A DNA stretch of 64,000 nt from Chrysemys picta bellii (Eukaryota): contig NC_088810.1 in NCBI RefSeq assembly GCF_011386835.1, positions 2,976,001-3,040,000 on the forward strand. Reading direction: 5' to 3'. The notes beneath the pieces were generated by a model. That model made no database searches and was not told where the DNA came from. It saw nothing but the letters and a program-made list of their open reading frames with translations. Below, in pieces: positions 24,767 to 36,689 of this stretch. The position numbers were made by a program, and so were the translations under genes. The first letter of the stretch is position 1; each line of letters begins with the position of its first letter.

Positions 24767-25751
24767 GGCACCATTGACTATGTGATGTTGAGCAATCCAG
24801 TGGTTTACATTTTATGAGGGTCAGAGCCCTAGTTTCTCTCTAACTCTTCACCAGAAGAAGATATAAGACTCTGAAAAGGGTAAAAGGGGTACTTTTTGAG
24901 CAGTCTTTATCTCATTGACCAAATGAGCCCAGTTTTGCACCACAAGCTTGACTCTAGTCTTTGTTGTAGCAAAGCAGATTAAAAGCAATTAGCAGATGCA
25001 CATGGATGTATAATTCACTTTGAAAATTATAAGGAGCTTATTGTGGGAAGGGTTCTATCTCTGGATCCCCTTAACCGGTGTTCCCAATTTCCACTACAAA
25101 GTCTACCTGTAACCCTAATGTGGTACCGCAGTATTATGATGGGCCAGTATCACCTCTAGTGATGGTTGCATCAGGATTTAACAGGAGTGGAAAGGTCTGC
25201 ACATGTTCCGTCTTTGGGTTAGAGTGGCATTCTAAATGTTTCCTGTACTTTGTGAACGGCCTGATTTTACTATAACTGGTTGGGGGTTGGGGCGAGGGAA
25301 TGCCATTTTGCTAATATGGTTTTAAGTAAGGCCATGTGACTAAAACTTTTCTAGTGTCAACATTTCCTTCAGACGTCTTTTCTTTGATCACACTCAATCT
25401 CATTGCTCAGGAATGGGCTGAGGAGCATGGGCCATGACTCCATTCCCATCCTGCTGCTGCTTCCTTCAGTCTTTCCTCTTCTGTCCAGTAAATTAATGCT
25501 ATTTTCCTTGACAGTCCTTCTAAAGTAAAATCAGAGTCTGCGTATGGCTCTTGGAACACACTGAGATATCAGCACTTAAACCCGAAGCTTTGCTATCAGG
25601 GCAAATCTTCAAAAAGGAGTTCCTGCAGAATGCAGGCAGAGAGCAACTAACGTATACAAGAGCCATGCTCGGAAAGTTGCCAAGTGCAGAACGTCCAAGT
25701 GCAGTAGATGGGCAGTGCTCACGTAGGCCTTTGTGACCCAGGGAAGTAGAG

Positions 25752-26086
25752 CAGGGGTCGGCAACGTTCGGCACGCGGCTTGCCAGGGTAAGCACCCTAG
25801 CGGGCCAGGCCAGTTTATTTACCTGCTGACGTGGCAGGTTCGGCCAATCGCGGCCCCCACTCGCCGCGGTTCGCCATCTTGGGCCAATGGGGGCGGCAGA
25901 AAGCAGCACGGGCCGAGGGATGTGTTGGCCGTGGCTTCCCGCCGCCCCCATTGGCCCGGGACGGCGAACCGCAGCCAGTGGGGGCCACAGTCGGCCGAAC
26001 CTGCCGTGTCAACAGGTAAATAAACTGGCCCCGCCCGCTAGGGTGCTTACCCTGGTGAGCCGCGTGCCGAGCGTCGCCGACCCCTG
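25752..26086. mobile_element. Palindromic hAT MITE
   Basis: CAGGGGTCGGC/GCCGACCCCTG TIRs, near-perfect internal palindrome, 8-bp TSD AAGTAGAG. Confidence 0.92.
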
Positions 26087-26164
26087 AAGTAGAGGATGTG
26101 CATACTTATCTTGTATGTAATTATACCTAGCTTTTGTGTAATACTTTTTCATCAGTAGCTCTAA

Positions 26165-26295
26165 AGTGCTTACCATTAGCGCCCTCATACAGATAGAGAA
26201 ACTGAGGCACATGGCGGTGACTTGCACACCATTGGCAGAGGTGGGAATAGAACACAGGTCCACTGAGTCCCCGTCCAGTGTTCTATCCACTAGCA
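26165..26295 (+). mobile_element. MIR/CORE SINE fragment
   Basis: ACAGATAGAGAAACTGAGGCAC...GTGACTTGC...GGAATAGAAC core motif. Confidence 0.7.
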
Positions 26296-26408
26296 CTAGG
26301 TAACATTTTTTTGTTTGTTTTTACTCCTTTCAGATTAAAATTCCTAGATGACTTTGTTCTGTGGGAGGAAAAAGACTATGTGTAATTTTTGTTTTTTCTC
26401 CAAAGGAA

Positions 26409-27641
26409 ATGGAAAAACTAAAATTTATCCCTGGAAACAAATTTGCAAAGGACAGAAATATACTTCCTGGTGTGTCTGAGAAGGAAACTGAAGATATCAA
26501 GGCTGCTCTCGAAGCAGGAGACCTCCCAGGAGCAGCTTATGTGGCCCACAAGTCTGACGAGTTGCTTAAAAAAACTGAGCTCAACATTGCGATCACAGGG
26601 GAGTCAGGAGCTGGGAAATCGTCCTTCCTCAATGCCCTCCGGGGCCTGGGAGATGAAGACAAAGATTCTGCTAAGACTGGAGTGGTAGAGACGACCAAAG
26701 AACCAGAGCCGTACAAGCATTTTAAGTACCCCAATGTGATCTTCTGGGACCTGCCAGGGATCGGAACCCCAGATTTTAAGCCAGACACGTACCTGGAGCA
26801 GGTGAAATTTGATCGCTATGATTTCTTCATCATCCTCGCTTCGGAGCGGTTCAGAGCAAACCACGCCAGACTGGCCCAGGAGATCCGGAGGATGGAGAAG
26901 AAGTTTTACTTTGTCCGCTCCAAGGTGGACTTTGACTTGTATAATGAGAAAAGAAAACAAAACTTTGATGAGGAGAAAACCCTGGACAAAATCAGAAATG
27001 ACTGCATCGAGCACCTGTCCAAGGAAGGGATAAGCTCCCCAAAGGTTTTCCTTGTGTCGAGCAGGGAATTTCAGAAATATGATTCTCCCAAACTGCAGAA
27101 AAAGTTGCTGAAGGAACTGGAAAGTCACAAGAAACACATTTTTCTCCTGGCCCTACCTAACCTTTCCAAACCAATCTTGGAAAAGAAAAAAAAGGCTTTG
27201 CAGAGGCACATCTGGAAACAAGCCCTGAAGTCGTGCGCCATCGCAGCGGTTCCTCTCCCGGCTCTCTCGGTGAAGTGCGACATTGGCATCCTGGTGGATA
27301 ACATGAGACAGTATTGTGAGAACTTTGGGCTGGATGACATTTCCCTCATTATACTCGCTAGCCAGGTTGGGAAGACTGTCGCTGAGCTGAAGGACGTGAT
27401 CAAGTCGCCATTGGCCAAAGATATCTCAAAAGAAACCGCTAAGGAGCAGCTGACTAAGGCTACAGGAAAGGGTCTAATTTTAGCTAAACATTTTATCAGC
27501 ATGATACCGGTGGCTGGGACCATATTTGCTGCAGAGAGGTCTTTCACAGTAACATACAGAATGCTGAACAGCTTTTTGGATGACGTCGCTGAAGACGCCC
27601 AAAGAGTCCTTATTAAGGCCTTGGAGAGAGAAAACAAATGA
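26409..27641 (+). CDS. IRGC-like: G3: IRG p47 GTPase (IIGP5-like), 410 aa, close paralog of G2
   Basis: Same GTPase motifs as G2; ATG at 26409 after acceptor TTTTTTCTCCAAAG|GAA. Confidence 0.95.
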   Translation: MEKLKFIPGNKFAKDRNILPGVSEKETEDIKAALEAGDLPGAAYVAHKSDELLKKTELNIAITGESGAGKSSFLNALRGLGDEDKDSAKTGVVETTKEPEPYKHFKYPNVIFWDLPGIGTPDFKPDTYLEQVKFDRYDFFIILASERFRANHARLAQEIRRMEKKFYFVRSKVDFDLYNEKRKQNFDEEKTLDKIRNDCIEHLSKEGISSPKVFLVSSREFQKYDSPKLQKKLLKELESHKKHIFLLALPNLSKPILEKKKKALQRHIWKQALKSCAIAAVPLPALSVKCDIGILVDNMRQYCENFGLDDISLIILASQVGKTVAELKDVIKSPLAKDISKETAKEQLTKATGKGLILAKHFISMIPVAGTIFAAERSFTVTYRMLNSFLDDVAEDAQRVLIKALERENK

Positions 27642-28403
27642 ATAACGGCAACAGTAAACTGGATACACGCCTCTGGCAGATGGAGATTGGAGCCAACTAG
27701 GGGACAATGGCAGATTCTTCTGTACTCCAATCTAATGCAACAAAAGAAAAAATACTGAAAAAGATATTCAGAGTTTGGGCTTTAAAAAACAAAGATGTAA
27801 AATATACTTGAACTTCCTCTGTGGAAATCAGTGGAGATTCCTTGAGTCCAATGGAGTGACTGACCCCAGCTGCGGATGTGGCCTATCACATGTGGTGCAA
27901 ACCGGTGCAGAGTCTGACCGTGACAAGCCAGCAGAGCTGTAATAAAAGTGCAAAACGTGATCAGAAAATAGTTGAACATGGAACCAGCTCCTTCCAGCTT
28001 TTGTTCTTTCCCTGAGTCCTTTTCCCTTCGCCATTCAACGCTGGGTCAGATCAATTCCACCCAAAGCCTGTGAACACAATTCATTAAAAGGACACCATTA
28101 AAAATCGACTTCTGAGCAGTAAGACACCGACCTGAGACCTGTAACCTGCTCAGCTCCCATGGACTCAGCTCTCAACTCAACACTGCTCTAATGCAGGTCC
28201 CTGCGCCCCAGGGAAACAGACTTGGTTAGAAACCCCCAAGCACAGATCCCCAGTAATACACCTAGCTCCAGTGATTCAATCCCATTGACCCGCTCTGGGG
28301 ATCTGGCCTTCCAGGCACATCCGTTTAACGGGTCTCATAGCAGAGTTTAGCTAAAGATTCTTTTCTCCATCTGCCGCCCTTACGCTAGAGGCTGTTATTA
28401 GCC

Positions 28404-28971
28404 CTGTAACTAAGTTGTACCCTGAGCAGGGTTTGGAAGCATCTGGCTGCTAACCCCATATCCGAGGCTTAAGAGTTAAATCGCTGATGTGAGATTTTTC
28501 TTATGGGCCCGAGCTGCAGTTTGAGTTGCTGCTGATGGTGTTTTTGGTGCTGATTTGCTTGTTTGATGTGGAGTTTAGGTTGGCCTGGAGTCTGGGAATC
28601 ACCCCACGCCGCTCAGACTCACCTGGGATTTGCAGATTGTAATCGCGTTGTGTCAGGCTCTGATGACGATGGGTTAATATGATGCCACACTCCAGCCTAT
28701 CGCGAATTATTTGCTTTATATTTCACAGTCAGTAATTCATGCACTTGCATCTCTTTGCTCTGTGTATTCACTGCTTCTGGTTTTCTCATCACTGCCGATC
28801 TTCGAGAAATACTTTTGTCTTTTAATAAACTCCCAGTCCGTTGGATCTGACACTTTGTGCATCTGATTTTTATGGCTCTTAGGAAAACACAGCGTGAGGG
28901 GCATCAGCTGGACTCCAGTTGTGACTCCATCTCCCCCTCAGCCCTGCAGACTTGCACTGGATAGTTATACA
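28404..28971 (+). repeat. LTR-like block downstream of G3
   Basis: Direct similarity to the 3376 and 18460 copies. Confidence 0.55.
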
Positions 28972-29519
28972 ATCCAGAGTTATAATGAACACTAACAAAA
29001 AACTGGGAATTCTATTAAACCTCCTGCTTCTGTGTTTAAGCCAATCTGCAGCTCCTAGAGACCAGGGTAGATTGTTACAAACTGGCCCCTGTCGCCCACT
29101 GTGCAGCCAGGGGTCTGTGTGAATAGAGTCCCACGTGTTTCTGAGCTGGAACTGGGCAGAACTTAGTCACTGCTTCTGGCTCTGGGACTCTAGGGCGCAC
29201 TACCAGACTCAGACCTCTTGTCTTGAGCCACCCTAGACCATAGGTGCTGGAACTAGAGATGCTGGGGGGGCTGCCACACACCCTGGCTTGAAGTGATTTC
29301 CATTATATACAAGGTTTAGTTTGAGTCAATGGATCTCAGCACCCCCCCCCATACAAATTCCAGCACCTCTGCCCTAGACCCCGAAATCAGTGTCTCAGTC
29401 CTCCTGAGTCAAGGGCAGGATATCGGTAGAGAGAGTCCCAAGGATGGAGCGGGATGTCCCGAGAAGGGAAGGAGCCCAGCACAGACAGAGAGAACCTGGA
29501 GAACATGGAGGGGGCAGAT

Positions 29520-29800
29520 CTCCTGACAGGGGATATTAAGGGACTGTGAAGGGGGTGGCGGGGGTTCCTGATGGGGGGATATAGAGGGACCGTGAGGGGG
29601 TGGCTGGAGCTCCTGTGGGATGATATTGAGGGGTTGTGTGGGGGGGTGACAGGGGTCCCTGAGGGCGGATATTGAGGCACCATGAGGGGGGCTGGCAGGG
29701 GCTCCTGAGGGGGGATATTGAGGGACAATGAGGGGGGCTGGCAGGGGCTCCTGAGGGGGGATATTGAAGGACCAGAGTGGACTCCTGAAGGGTATTGTGA
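29520..29800. repeat. G-rich ~46-bp minisatellite (short copy)
   Basis: GGGGCTCCTGAGGGGGGATATTGAGGGAC... recurs with a 46-bp period (29701, 29747). Confidence 0.8.
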
Positions 29801-30261
29801 CCATATTTTGGGGTTCTCCTGGACATGACCCTCTTTTTGGTCCTTCGATCTCTGTCTGGGCGGCTTTTTGAAATATGAGGAAATGTCCAGGTCTGGGATT
29901 TTTCCTTGCTGTGACAGGCCAGGCCCCAGCTCCCCACCCTGGGCAAGGGGAGAGGCCCAAAGGAAGGTGCTGACTGACGGGAGGGTGCTGCGTCCTGGGC
30001 CTGCGTCCACCACCATGACAGGAAGCGACACTGCCCCCCACCTCCAAAGTGAAGCTGCAGGTACCCTTTTCCGATACACCCCAGGTACCTCCTCCAGCAC
30101 CCCCCAAAATCCCTCCCAGTACACACACACACCCCTCCAGCACCCTCCGGGACCCCTTCCAGGATGTAACGCTACAGGTAATATGGATGCCAAGCTGGAA
30201 GAATCCTGATCTAAGCTGGCCGCAGCCTGGAGCCGGAAATACCCCTCGACCCGCGAACATG

Positions 30262-31330
30262 CTGCCACCACCCAAGAGCAGAACCCCTTGGAGAGCCCAG
30301 GAAGGGGCACTTGGGAATTCCTTCCTGTGGGGACCCTCAAGCCCTTTCACCCCCTCCCCTCTGGGGAAGAGCTGAGAAAGAAAAACAAAGGAAATGAGCT
30401 CTTGCCACCAGCTAATTAAACAATACGTGCACAAACCTCTTAGGCTACGGCTTCACTACCCACCTGGATCAACGGGTAGAAACCGATCTCTCGGGGATCG
30501 AATTATCGCGTCTCGTCGGGACGTGACAATCGATCCCCGAATCTAGGCTTGTACTCCACCAGTGCAGGTAGGAGTAAGCGCCGTCGACAGGGGAGCCGCG
30601 GAGGTCGATTTGCCGCCGTCCTCACCATGGGGTAAGTTGGCTCAGATACGTCAAATTCAGCTACGCGAATTTGCCTATCTTAAATCGACCCCCGCCCCAT
30701 AGTGAAGACGTAGACTTAGACACAAAAATCCAATTCTGTTCTTTAAAAAGGTAAATTTTATTAATTAAAAAAAAAATACATCTGGGAACTCAGGCTATTG
30801 CTAGGTTTAAAAAAAAAAAACTACAAGGATTAAGCACCAAGGATAGCTTTCTTGAGTTTCAGCTTAAAGGTTACAAGCAAAACAAAAGCACCGGGGTTAG
30901 CACAGAAGAATCCACAAGCCATTAAGAAATAAAAGGGATAAACCTAATCGCATCTTCCTAGACATTTCCTGATCTACTTACATATCTCGGGTTTCAAATG
31001 AGCAGTTTCTAGGTATGATACTGGGGATTTTTCATACCTGGCCCAAGCTTCTTACATCATCGCTCTGCCCCATCCGCCTCTCCCTGGAGAACAACAGACA
31101 GACAGACAAAAGGGGAGTCTTTTTTTTTCCCAATTTTAAAAAGTTCGAGCCTTCCCATTGGCTCTTTTGGCCAGGGGCCCACTCCCTTCCTTTTACCTAT
31201 GCAAGCAATGAGACTTTTTAACCCTTTACAGGTAGAGCAAGTAGAGAACAGCTACTAAGAGAGATTTTATAGCTACTGGCTTCCTGAGTGTCCATAAAAG
31301 GGAGCTACCCCCTCTCCCACATTTAACACA
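30262..31330 (-). mobile_element. LTR (23924 family), truncated at the left end and interrupted by a MITE
   Basis: Matches 51490-52282; ends CATTTAACACA|GGCTG. Confidence 0.8.
30443..30715. mobile_element. PIF/Harbinger MITE
   Basis: TIR GGCTACGGCTTCACTA/TAGTGAAGACGTAGAC with TTA TSD; absent from the paralogous site at ~51661. Confidence 0.88.
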
Positions 31331-32089
31331 GGCTGTTAGGAAGATGATCCTGTCCTGATAGTGCCCATCACCACCAGATAAAGAAACACATCTTAAGATG
31401 GTTAAAGAAAACGTAGGTCATGTCTTCACTAGCAACGTGGCTCGTGTAGTCGCAGCACCAGCGCTGGGAAAGAGCTCTCCAAGCACTGTAAAAAACCCAC
31501 CCCCTGTAGCTCCGAGTGCTGGGGCACTGTCTACACTGCCACGTTACAGCCGTGAAACTTGCTGCGCTCGAGGGGGGGGGGTGTTTTTTCACACCCCTGA
31601 GCGAGAAAGTTGCAACGCTGTAAAGTGGCAGTGTAGACAAGGCTTTAGTTGGATAGCATCCTGTCTGGCAAGAAATCACTTCTCAATGGTTGTGGTTGTG
31701 AAACCCTCATTTCTGTGTGTTTTATCTTAATGGACCCCACTTTTCTATTCTTCATCTGTCTGGATCTGTAATTGTTTCTGTCTGCTGTATAATTCATTTT
31801 GCTAGGTGTAAATTAATTAGGGTAATGAGATATAATTGGTTGGAGAATTATGTTAGATTGGTTAGTTAAATTTCAGTCAAATGATTGGTTAAGGTAGAGC
31901 TGAGAATATTACTATATAAACTGGGGTCAAACAGGAAGTGGGGGGAAGGGAAATTGGATTCATGCTTGCTGGACATTAACGCCAATAAACATCACATTGT
32001 CTGCACTATGGGCTGCTGGTCTTTTGCTGCTTGCAGTCTGTGTGACAAGAACCAGGGAAGTGACAGGGTGGAGGGAAAGCTCTCTAATA
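31331..32089 (+). mobile_element. ERV LTR, 3' portion (TATA ~31914, AATAAA ~31984)
   Basis: Continues the LTR that starts at 51077 in the second copy; ends GCTCTCTAATA. Confidence 0.65.
31416..31643. mobile_element. Harbinger MITE within the ERV LTR (also at ~52367-52592)
   Basis: GTCTTCACTAG...CAGTGTAGACAAGGC termini present in both duplicated copies. Confidence 0.75.
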
Positions 32090-32099
32090 TATTGCTCTA

Positions 32100-33620
32100 T
32101 AGAGTCACAGCTGGTTCTGGCCAGTGGGAGGACAATGGGCTGAGGGGAGGGGACACCAGTGACCTGACCAGCCGGTTCCAGCCAGAGGGGAACAAAGGAC
32201 GGATGAGAGGAGAGGGGATCCAGGTGACTTGTTTACCTGGACAGAAGACAAAGGACAAAGGACAGAGGTGGGGCTTGGGGCCAGTGATATCAGATGCCCA
32301 GCTGGGAAGCAGGGGGGGTTGGAGGTTGTAATTAAAGTACTGCACAGGATCTTTTCAGGGGGAATAAGGCAAAGCACCACATTTATTGGTAATACATGCA
32401 TCAATCAACACTGTATCATATGCATATGATATATATTACACTCACGCACTCACACACACAAGGACACTCCGTCTTCTTGTTGCTACCAACTAGTTGCTCC
32501 CCTTAACTTCACTGGCCAGGTGAGTTAGATGGGGGAGGGGTGGAGCCGGGCTTCTGCCAATCCGGATTGATGCGCTGATGTTGACAAGATGAGACCCGGG
32601 GTCCTCTACAAGACACCTCACATTTATAGTAGCTTCCCTCTCATGCCAATCTGTACCGGATGCAAAATCTGTGTCTGTGTCAGTTGGTCCTTTGGGCTGC
32701 TTTCTTCTGGGTGTTGTCTTAATGCTGCCACATTTATTTTCAAAGAGGGTGTTTCCAAAAGAAGGTTCTCGCTTCTAACCCCCAAGGCCGTCAATATGTC
32801 TGATCTTCTTTAGTGAGCCCACTTGACAAGTTGTATTGTTCTTGGGACCTGGCTTCCATCCCCTCTCCAATTGTTGCAGGTGTCTGGAGGTGCTTGCCTT
32901 CCACGCCTTCCTCATTCACATCTCATTCAACTGAAGAGAGGGAGCAGGCAGAGCCCACCTGGATGCAGGGGAGACTTGGATGTGCTGGGCTGAGGGAGGC
33001 TGGAGAGTTTCCTCTGCTGGGTTCACACGCTCAATAAACCCTCCTGTTTTACGCTGGCTGAGAGTCGCTCCGGTCTAGAGAACAGGGGGCATAATTCCCT
33101 CTGGGTGTGGAGGCCCCAGGGGTCCAGAGCGAGGGGACTCCCTGAGGGGGCCGACGGCAGAACCAGGCGTGCTAAGGCTCAGGCCTGGTCTACACTGGGC
33201 GGGGGGAGTGTCGATCTAAGTTATGTAATTTCAGCTACGTGAATAATGTAGCCGAAGTCGACGTACTTAGACCTACTCACTGCGGTGTCTTCACTGTGGT
33301 AAGTCGACGGCTGACACTCCCCCACCGACTCGTTCTGCACCTATCACTCCAGTGGAGTACCGGAGTCAACGGGAGAGTGCTCAGTGGTCGATTTATTGCG
33401 TCTTCACTAGACCCCCGCTGGATCAACCCCCGCCGGATTGATCGCCCTGGAGGTAAGTGTAGACATGCCCTTAGAGAGGTGTGGTTCCAGTAGGCGCTGG
33501 AGTCCAGGGCTTTACCCCCGAGAGAGAGTGTGGACCCCCGAGTAGGGCTGTCACACTGAAGGGGGGTCCTCCCAGGGACCGTTCGGAGCCTAGAGAGCAC
33601 GAGTCCTGTGTGTCTGTGAC
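32100..33620. mobile_element. Fragmented host LTR sequence(s) with nested inserts
   Basis: AATAAACCCTCCTGTTTTAC...GGGCTGTCACA...GTGAC(T)CA shared with 52741-53120; internal boundaries uncertain. Confidence 0.5.
33182..33470. mobile_element. Harbinger MITE
   Basis: GGCCTGGTCTACACT...AGTGTAGACATGCCC with TCA/TTA flanks; empty site at ~52972. Confidence 0.85.
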
Positions 33621-33894
33621 TCACAGGAATACAACTTTAATAAAACAAACTAGAGAGCTCCTAGTTTGTTTCTGAATTGCTGTGCACAGCTGTACTGGGT
33701 TCTCAACCGAGCTTCCAGGGCACATCACTAAATTCCTGCATTCATAATACACTTCATTATGTGGGAGCGTCTCTGAATTATAATCCTCAACAAACATTAT
33801 CTCTACAATCCCGACCCAGATCAGGGCCCCGTTATGCCGGGCGCTGCACGGACACAGAGGGAGACACAGTTTCTGCCCCAACAAGCTTACAGTC

Positions 33895-34045
33895 TAAGTA
33901 GACAAAGGATTATTCTCTCCATGTTATAGGCAGGGGAAACTAAGGCACAGAGATGACTAGATGTGATGAAGGTCCCACAGGCAGGCTGTGGTGGAGGCAG
34001 GTCTCCCGAGTCACACTCCAACACTCTGACTGCAACGCCATCCTC
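33895..34045 (+). mobile_element. MIR/CORE SINE just beyond the G4 stop (paralog 53398-53545)
   Basis: GGATTATT...GGGGAAACTAAGGCACAGAG core motif. Confidence 0.65.
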
Positions 34046-34055
34046 CCCGGTGCCA

Positions 34056-35399
34056 CTAAACGGACTTTTTCTCTGCCACCTCCAGAGCCTCGGTGAGCAC
34101 CCGGTGGGCATCCTCAGCAACGCCTTCCAGAAAGGAATGCAGGGCGTTGTATGTAGCTAGGAATGAGATCTGTGTGGCTACGAGGGTTCCATAGACTGGT
34201 AGGAGGCTTATGTACTTTTTAATAATTATCATGGCATTACCCTGTTCCTTGTCCCCTTGCTCCCAGGCAAGATGAGTAGGCTGAGATGATTTAGGTTTAA
34301 ATGATTCTAAAAGCCCGAAGGTGAATGACCTTATTACACTATCTAAAACTTTACTCAACAGCTCCAAAGCATCTTCCCTTGATATTTCCTTGGCCAACGG
34401 GGTCTTGATCACATCCTTCAACTGAGACACGGGTTTCCTGACCTGTTTGGAGAGTTTAATGAGGGATTCTTCATCCAAACCGAAGACTTTGCAGTACTCG
34501 GTCATGGATTCCACCAGGATGTCAATGTCACATGAGACGGAGAGGTGGGGGATGGGAACAGCTGCAATAGCACATGACTTCAGGGCTCGTTTCCAGATCT
34601 GGCTCTTCAGGGCTTCTTTTTTCTTATCCAGGATTGGCCCTGAGATGTTGGGAAGCGCCAAGAGGAAAATGTGTCTCTTGTGAGCGTCCAATTCACTGGC
34701 CAGAGTTTCCTGCAGTTGGGGAGAATCGTATTGGTTGAATTCCCACCTGGAAATGAGGAAAACCTGCGGGGAACTCACCCCTTCTCTCCTCAGCTTCTCC
34801 ACACAGTCATCTCGGATTGTCTGTAAGGTGGTCTCCTGATTGTAGTTTCTTTTTCTACTTTCGTTTCTCAAGTCCTCATCTACTTTGGAGCGCACAAAGT
34901 AGAACTTCTTCCCCATCTTCTGGATCTCCTGGGCTAGGTCTGCATTACAGGATCTGAAGCGCTTCGAAGTGACTATGATGAAGAAGTCATAGCAGGCAAA
35001 GCTGACCTGCTGAAGGTAGGTGTCAGGCTGGAAACTTGGAGTCCCAATCCCAGGCAGGTCCCACATCTTCACATTGGGGAGCGTGGGATGCAGATAAGCG
35101 ATTGGCTCCATTGTTGTTTCGGTGATGCCAACTTTTGCCGCTCCTTCGTCATCGTCGTCTAACTCCAGCATGGCGTTCACAAAGGAAGATTTCCCAGATC
35201 CCGACTCTCCCGTGATGGCGATGTTGAGCTCAGTGTTTTTTAACAGCTCCAGGGCCTCCTGTGCTTTGGAAGCTGCTTCTGAAAGATTCCCTGTTTCAAC
35301 AGCCGCCTTTAGCTCTTCAAGATCCTCCTCGGACATACCAGGGAGTTTAACATCCAGATCTTGAAATATGTTCCTTGATACCTCTTCTGTAGCAGCCAT
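34056..35399 (-). CDS. IRGC-like: G4: IRG p47 GTPase, 447 aa, with an in-frame insertion in the C-terminal helical region
   Basis: GESGSGKS, WDLPG, RSKVD; acceptor CCCCCAG|GGAG ATG. Confidence 0.93.
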   Translation of the reverse strand: MAATEEVSRNIFQDLDVKLPGMSEEDLEELKAAVETGNLSEAASKAQEALELLKNTELNIAITGESGSGKSSFVNAMLELDDDDEGAAKVGITETTMEPIAYLHPTLPNVKMWDLPGIGTPSFQPDTYLQQVSFACYDFFIIVTSKRFRSCNADLAQEIQKMGKKFYFVRSKVDEDLRNESRKRNYNQETTLQTIRDDCVEKLRREGVSSPQVFLISRWEFNQYDSPQLQETLASELDAHKRHIFLLALPNISGPILDKKKEALKSQIWKRALKSCAIAAVPIPHLSVSCDIDILVESMTEYCKVFGLDEESLIKLSKQVRKPVSQLKDVIKTPLAKEISREDALELLSKVLDSVIRSFTFGLLESFKPKSSQPTHLAWEQGDKEQGNAMIIIKKYISLLPVYGTLVATQISFLATYNALHSFLEGVAEDAHRVLTEALEVAEKKSV

Positions 35400-35760
35400 C
35401 TCCCTGGGGGTGGTGGGAAGAGAAGAGAAATATGCTAGTCATGCTCATCTTTCACCCAACCAGCTGTGGTCAAGTTAGGGCACAGAACTGGGACTGTCTA
35501 AGTTGCCCATTATTAATTATTATTATTAATTATTTAATTTAGAGAAATGAACCCACTTGAGATTAGTGCGCTGTCACTGCAGAGGTGCCCCCCAAAATCA
35601 GAGCCCCCACTATGCCAGGGGCTGCACAGAACCAGACCAAGATTGGGGCCTCCACTCTACCGCATGCTGCACAAACCCCAACTAAGATCAGCGCCTCCAT
35701 GATGGCAGGCGCCACACAGACCCTGACGAGATTGGGGCCTCATTGTGCTGGGCACTAATA

Positions 35761-35919
35761 CAGGAATTCCTCACTTAACGTTGTAGTCATGTTCCTGAAA
35801 AATGCAACTTTATGCGAATCCAATTTCCCCATAAGAATTAATGTAAATGAGGGGGTTAGGTTCCAGGGAAATTTTTTTCACCAGACAAAAGTCTATATAT
35901 ATATATATGAGGGATTCTT

Positions 35920-35972
<53 letters not shown>

Positions 35973-36687
35973 AAGTTTTAAACAAACAATTTAATACTGG
36001 TACACAGTGATGATGATTGTGAAGCTTGGTTGAGGTGGAGGAGTCAGAAGGTGGGATATTTCCTGGGGAATGCCTTACTGCTAAATGATGAACTAGCACT
36101 GAGCTGAGCCCTCAAGTGTTAACTCTCACAACACTCTACAAGGCAGCTGGAGTAGCTGACCCCAGGCTTAAGTACACTGCCTTGTCAATGAAATCAGCTT
36201 GCTGAGACCTGAGACCGCAGCTACTGCCTAGAAGCTCCCTCCCTCCATCGTGTGTCCACCCTGCTCTATGGAAGATGGGGTAAGCGGGGTGCACGAGCAG
36301 GGGGGAGGGGGAGACACCCTGACATTAGCCCACCTCTTCCACCCTCCCCCTGTACAGCAAGCAGGAGTCTCTGGGAGCAGCTCCAAGGCAGAGGGCAGGA
36401 GCAGCACATGGCAGTGGGGGGAGGGACAGCTGCTGCACAGGGAACTTAGGGGAGTGGGGAGCTGATAGGGGGAGCTTCTGGGGGGCTGCTGGTCCACCCT
36501 GGTTCCAACAACCCACCAGCTAGCTGCAATGGCCTGCTCTTCCTGCAAACAGTGGACAAAACAGGCAGCTGCCAAACGACGTTAGAAGGGAGCATTGCAC
36601 AACTTTAAACGAGCATGTTCCCTAACTGATCAGCAATTTAACATCAAAACAACGTTAACCGGGATGACTTTAAGTGAGGAGTTCCTG
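35761..36687. mobile_element. Tc1/mariner (Tigger/pogo-like) non-autonomous element
   Basis: 18-bp TIR CAGGAA(T/C)TCCTCACTTAA with TA TSD; empty site at ~55078; contains (TA)n(CA)n. Confidence 0.88.
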
Positions 36688-36689
36688 TA

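Noticed and set aside
16272-26408. MGG... N-termini suggesting myristoylation of G2 and G3
   Set aside because: The ORF track uses TTG/GTG starts lying in intronic pyrimidine tracts upstream of the splice acceptors
29387-30434. Long ORFs (317, 341 and 198 aa)
   Set aside because: Low-complexity translations of the G-rich minisatellite and LTR sequence
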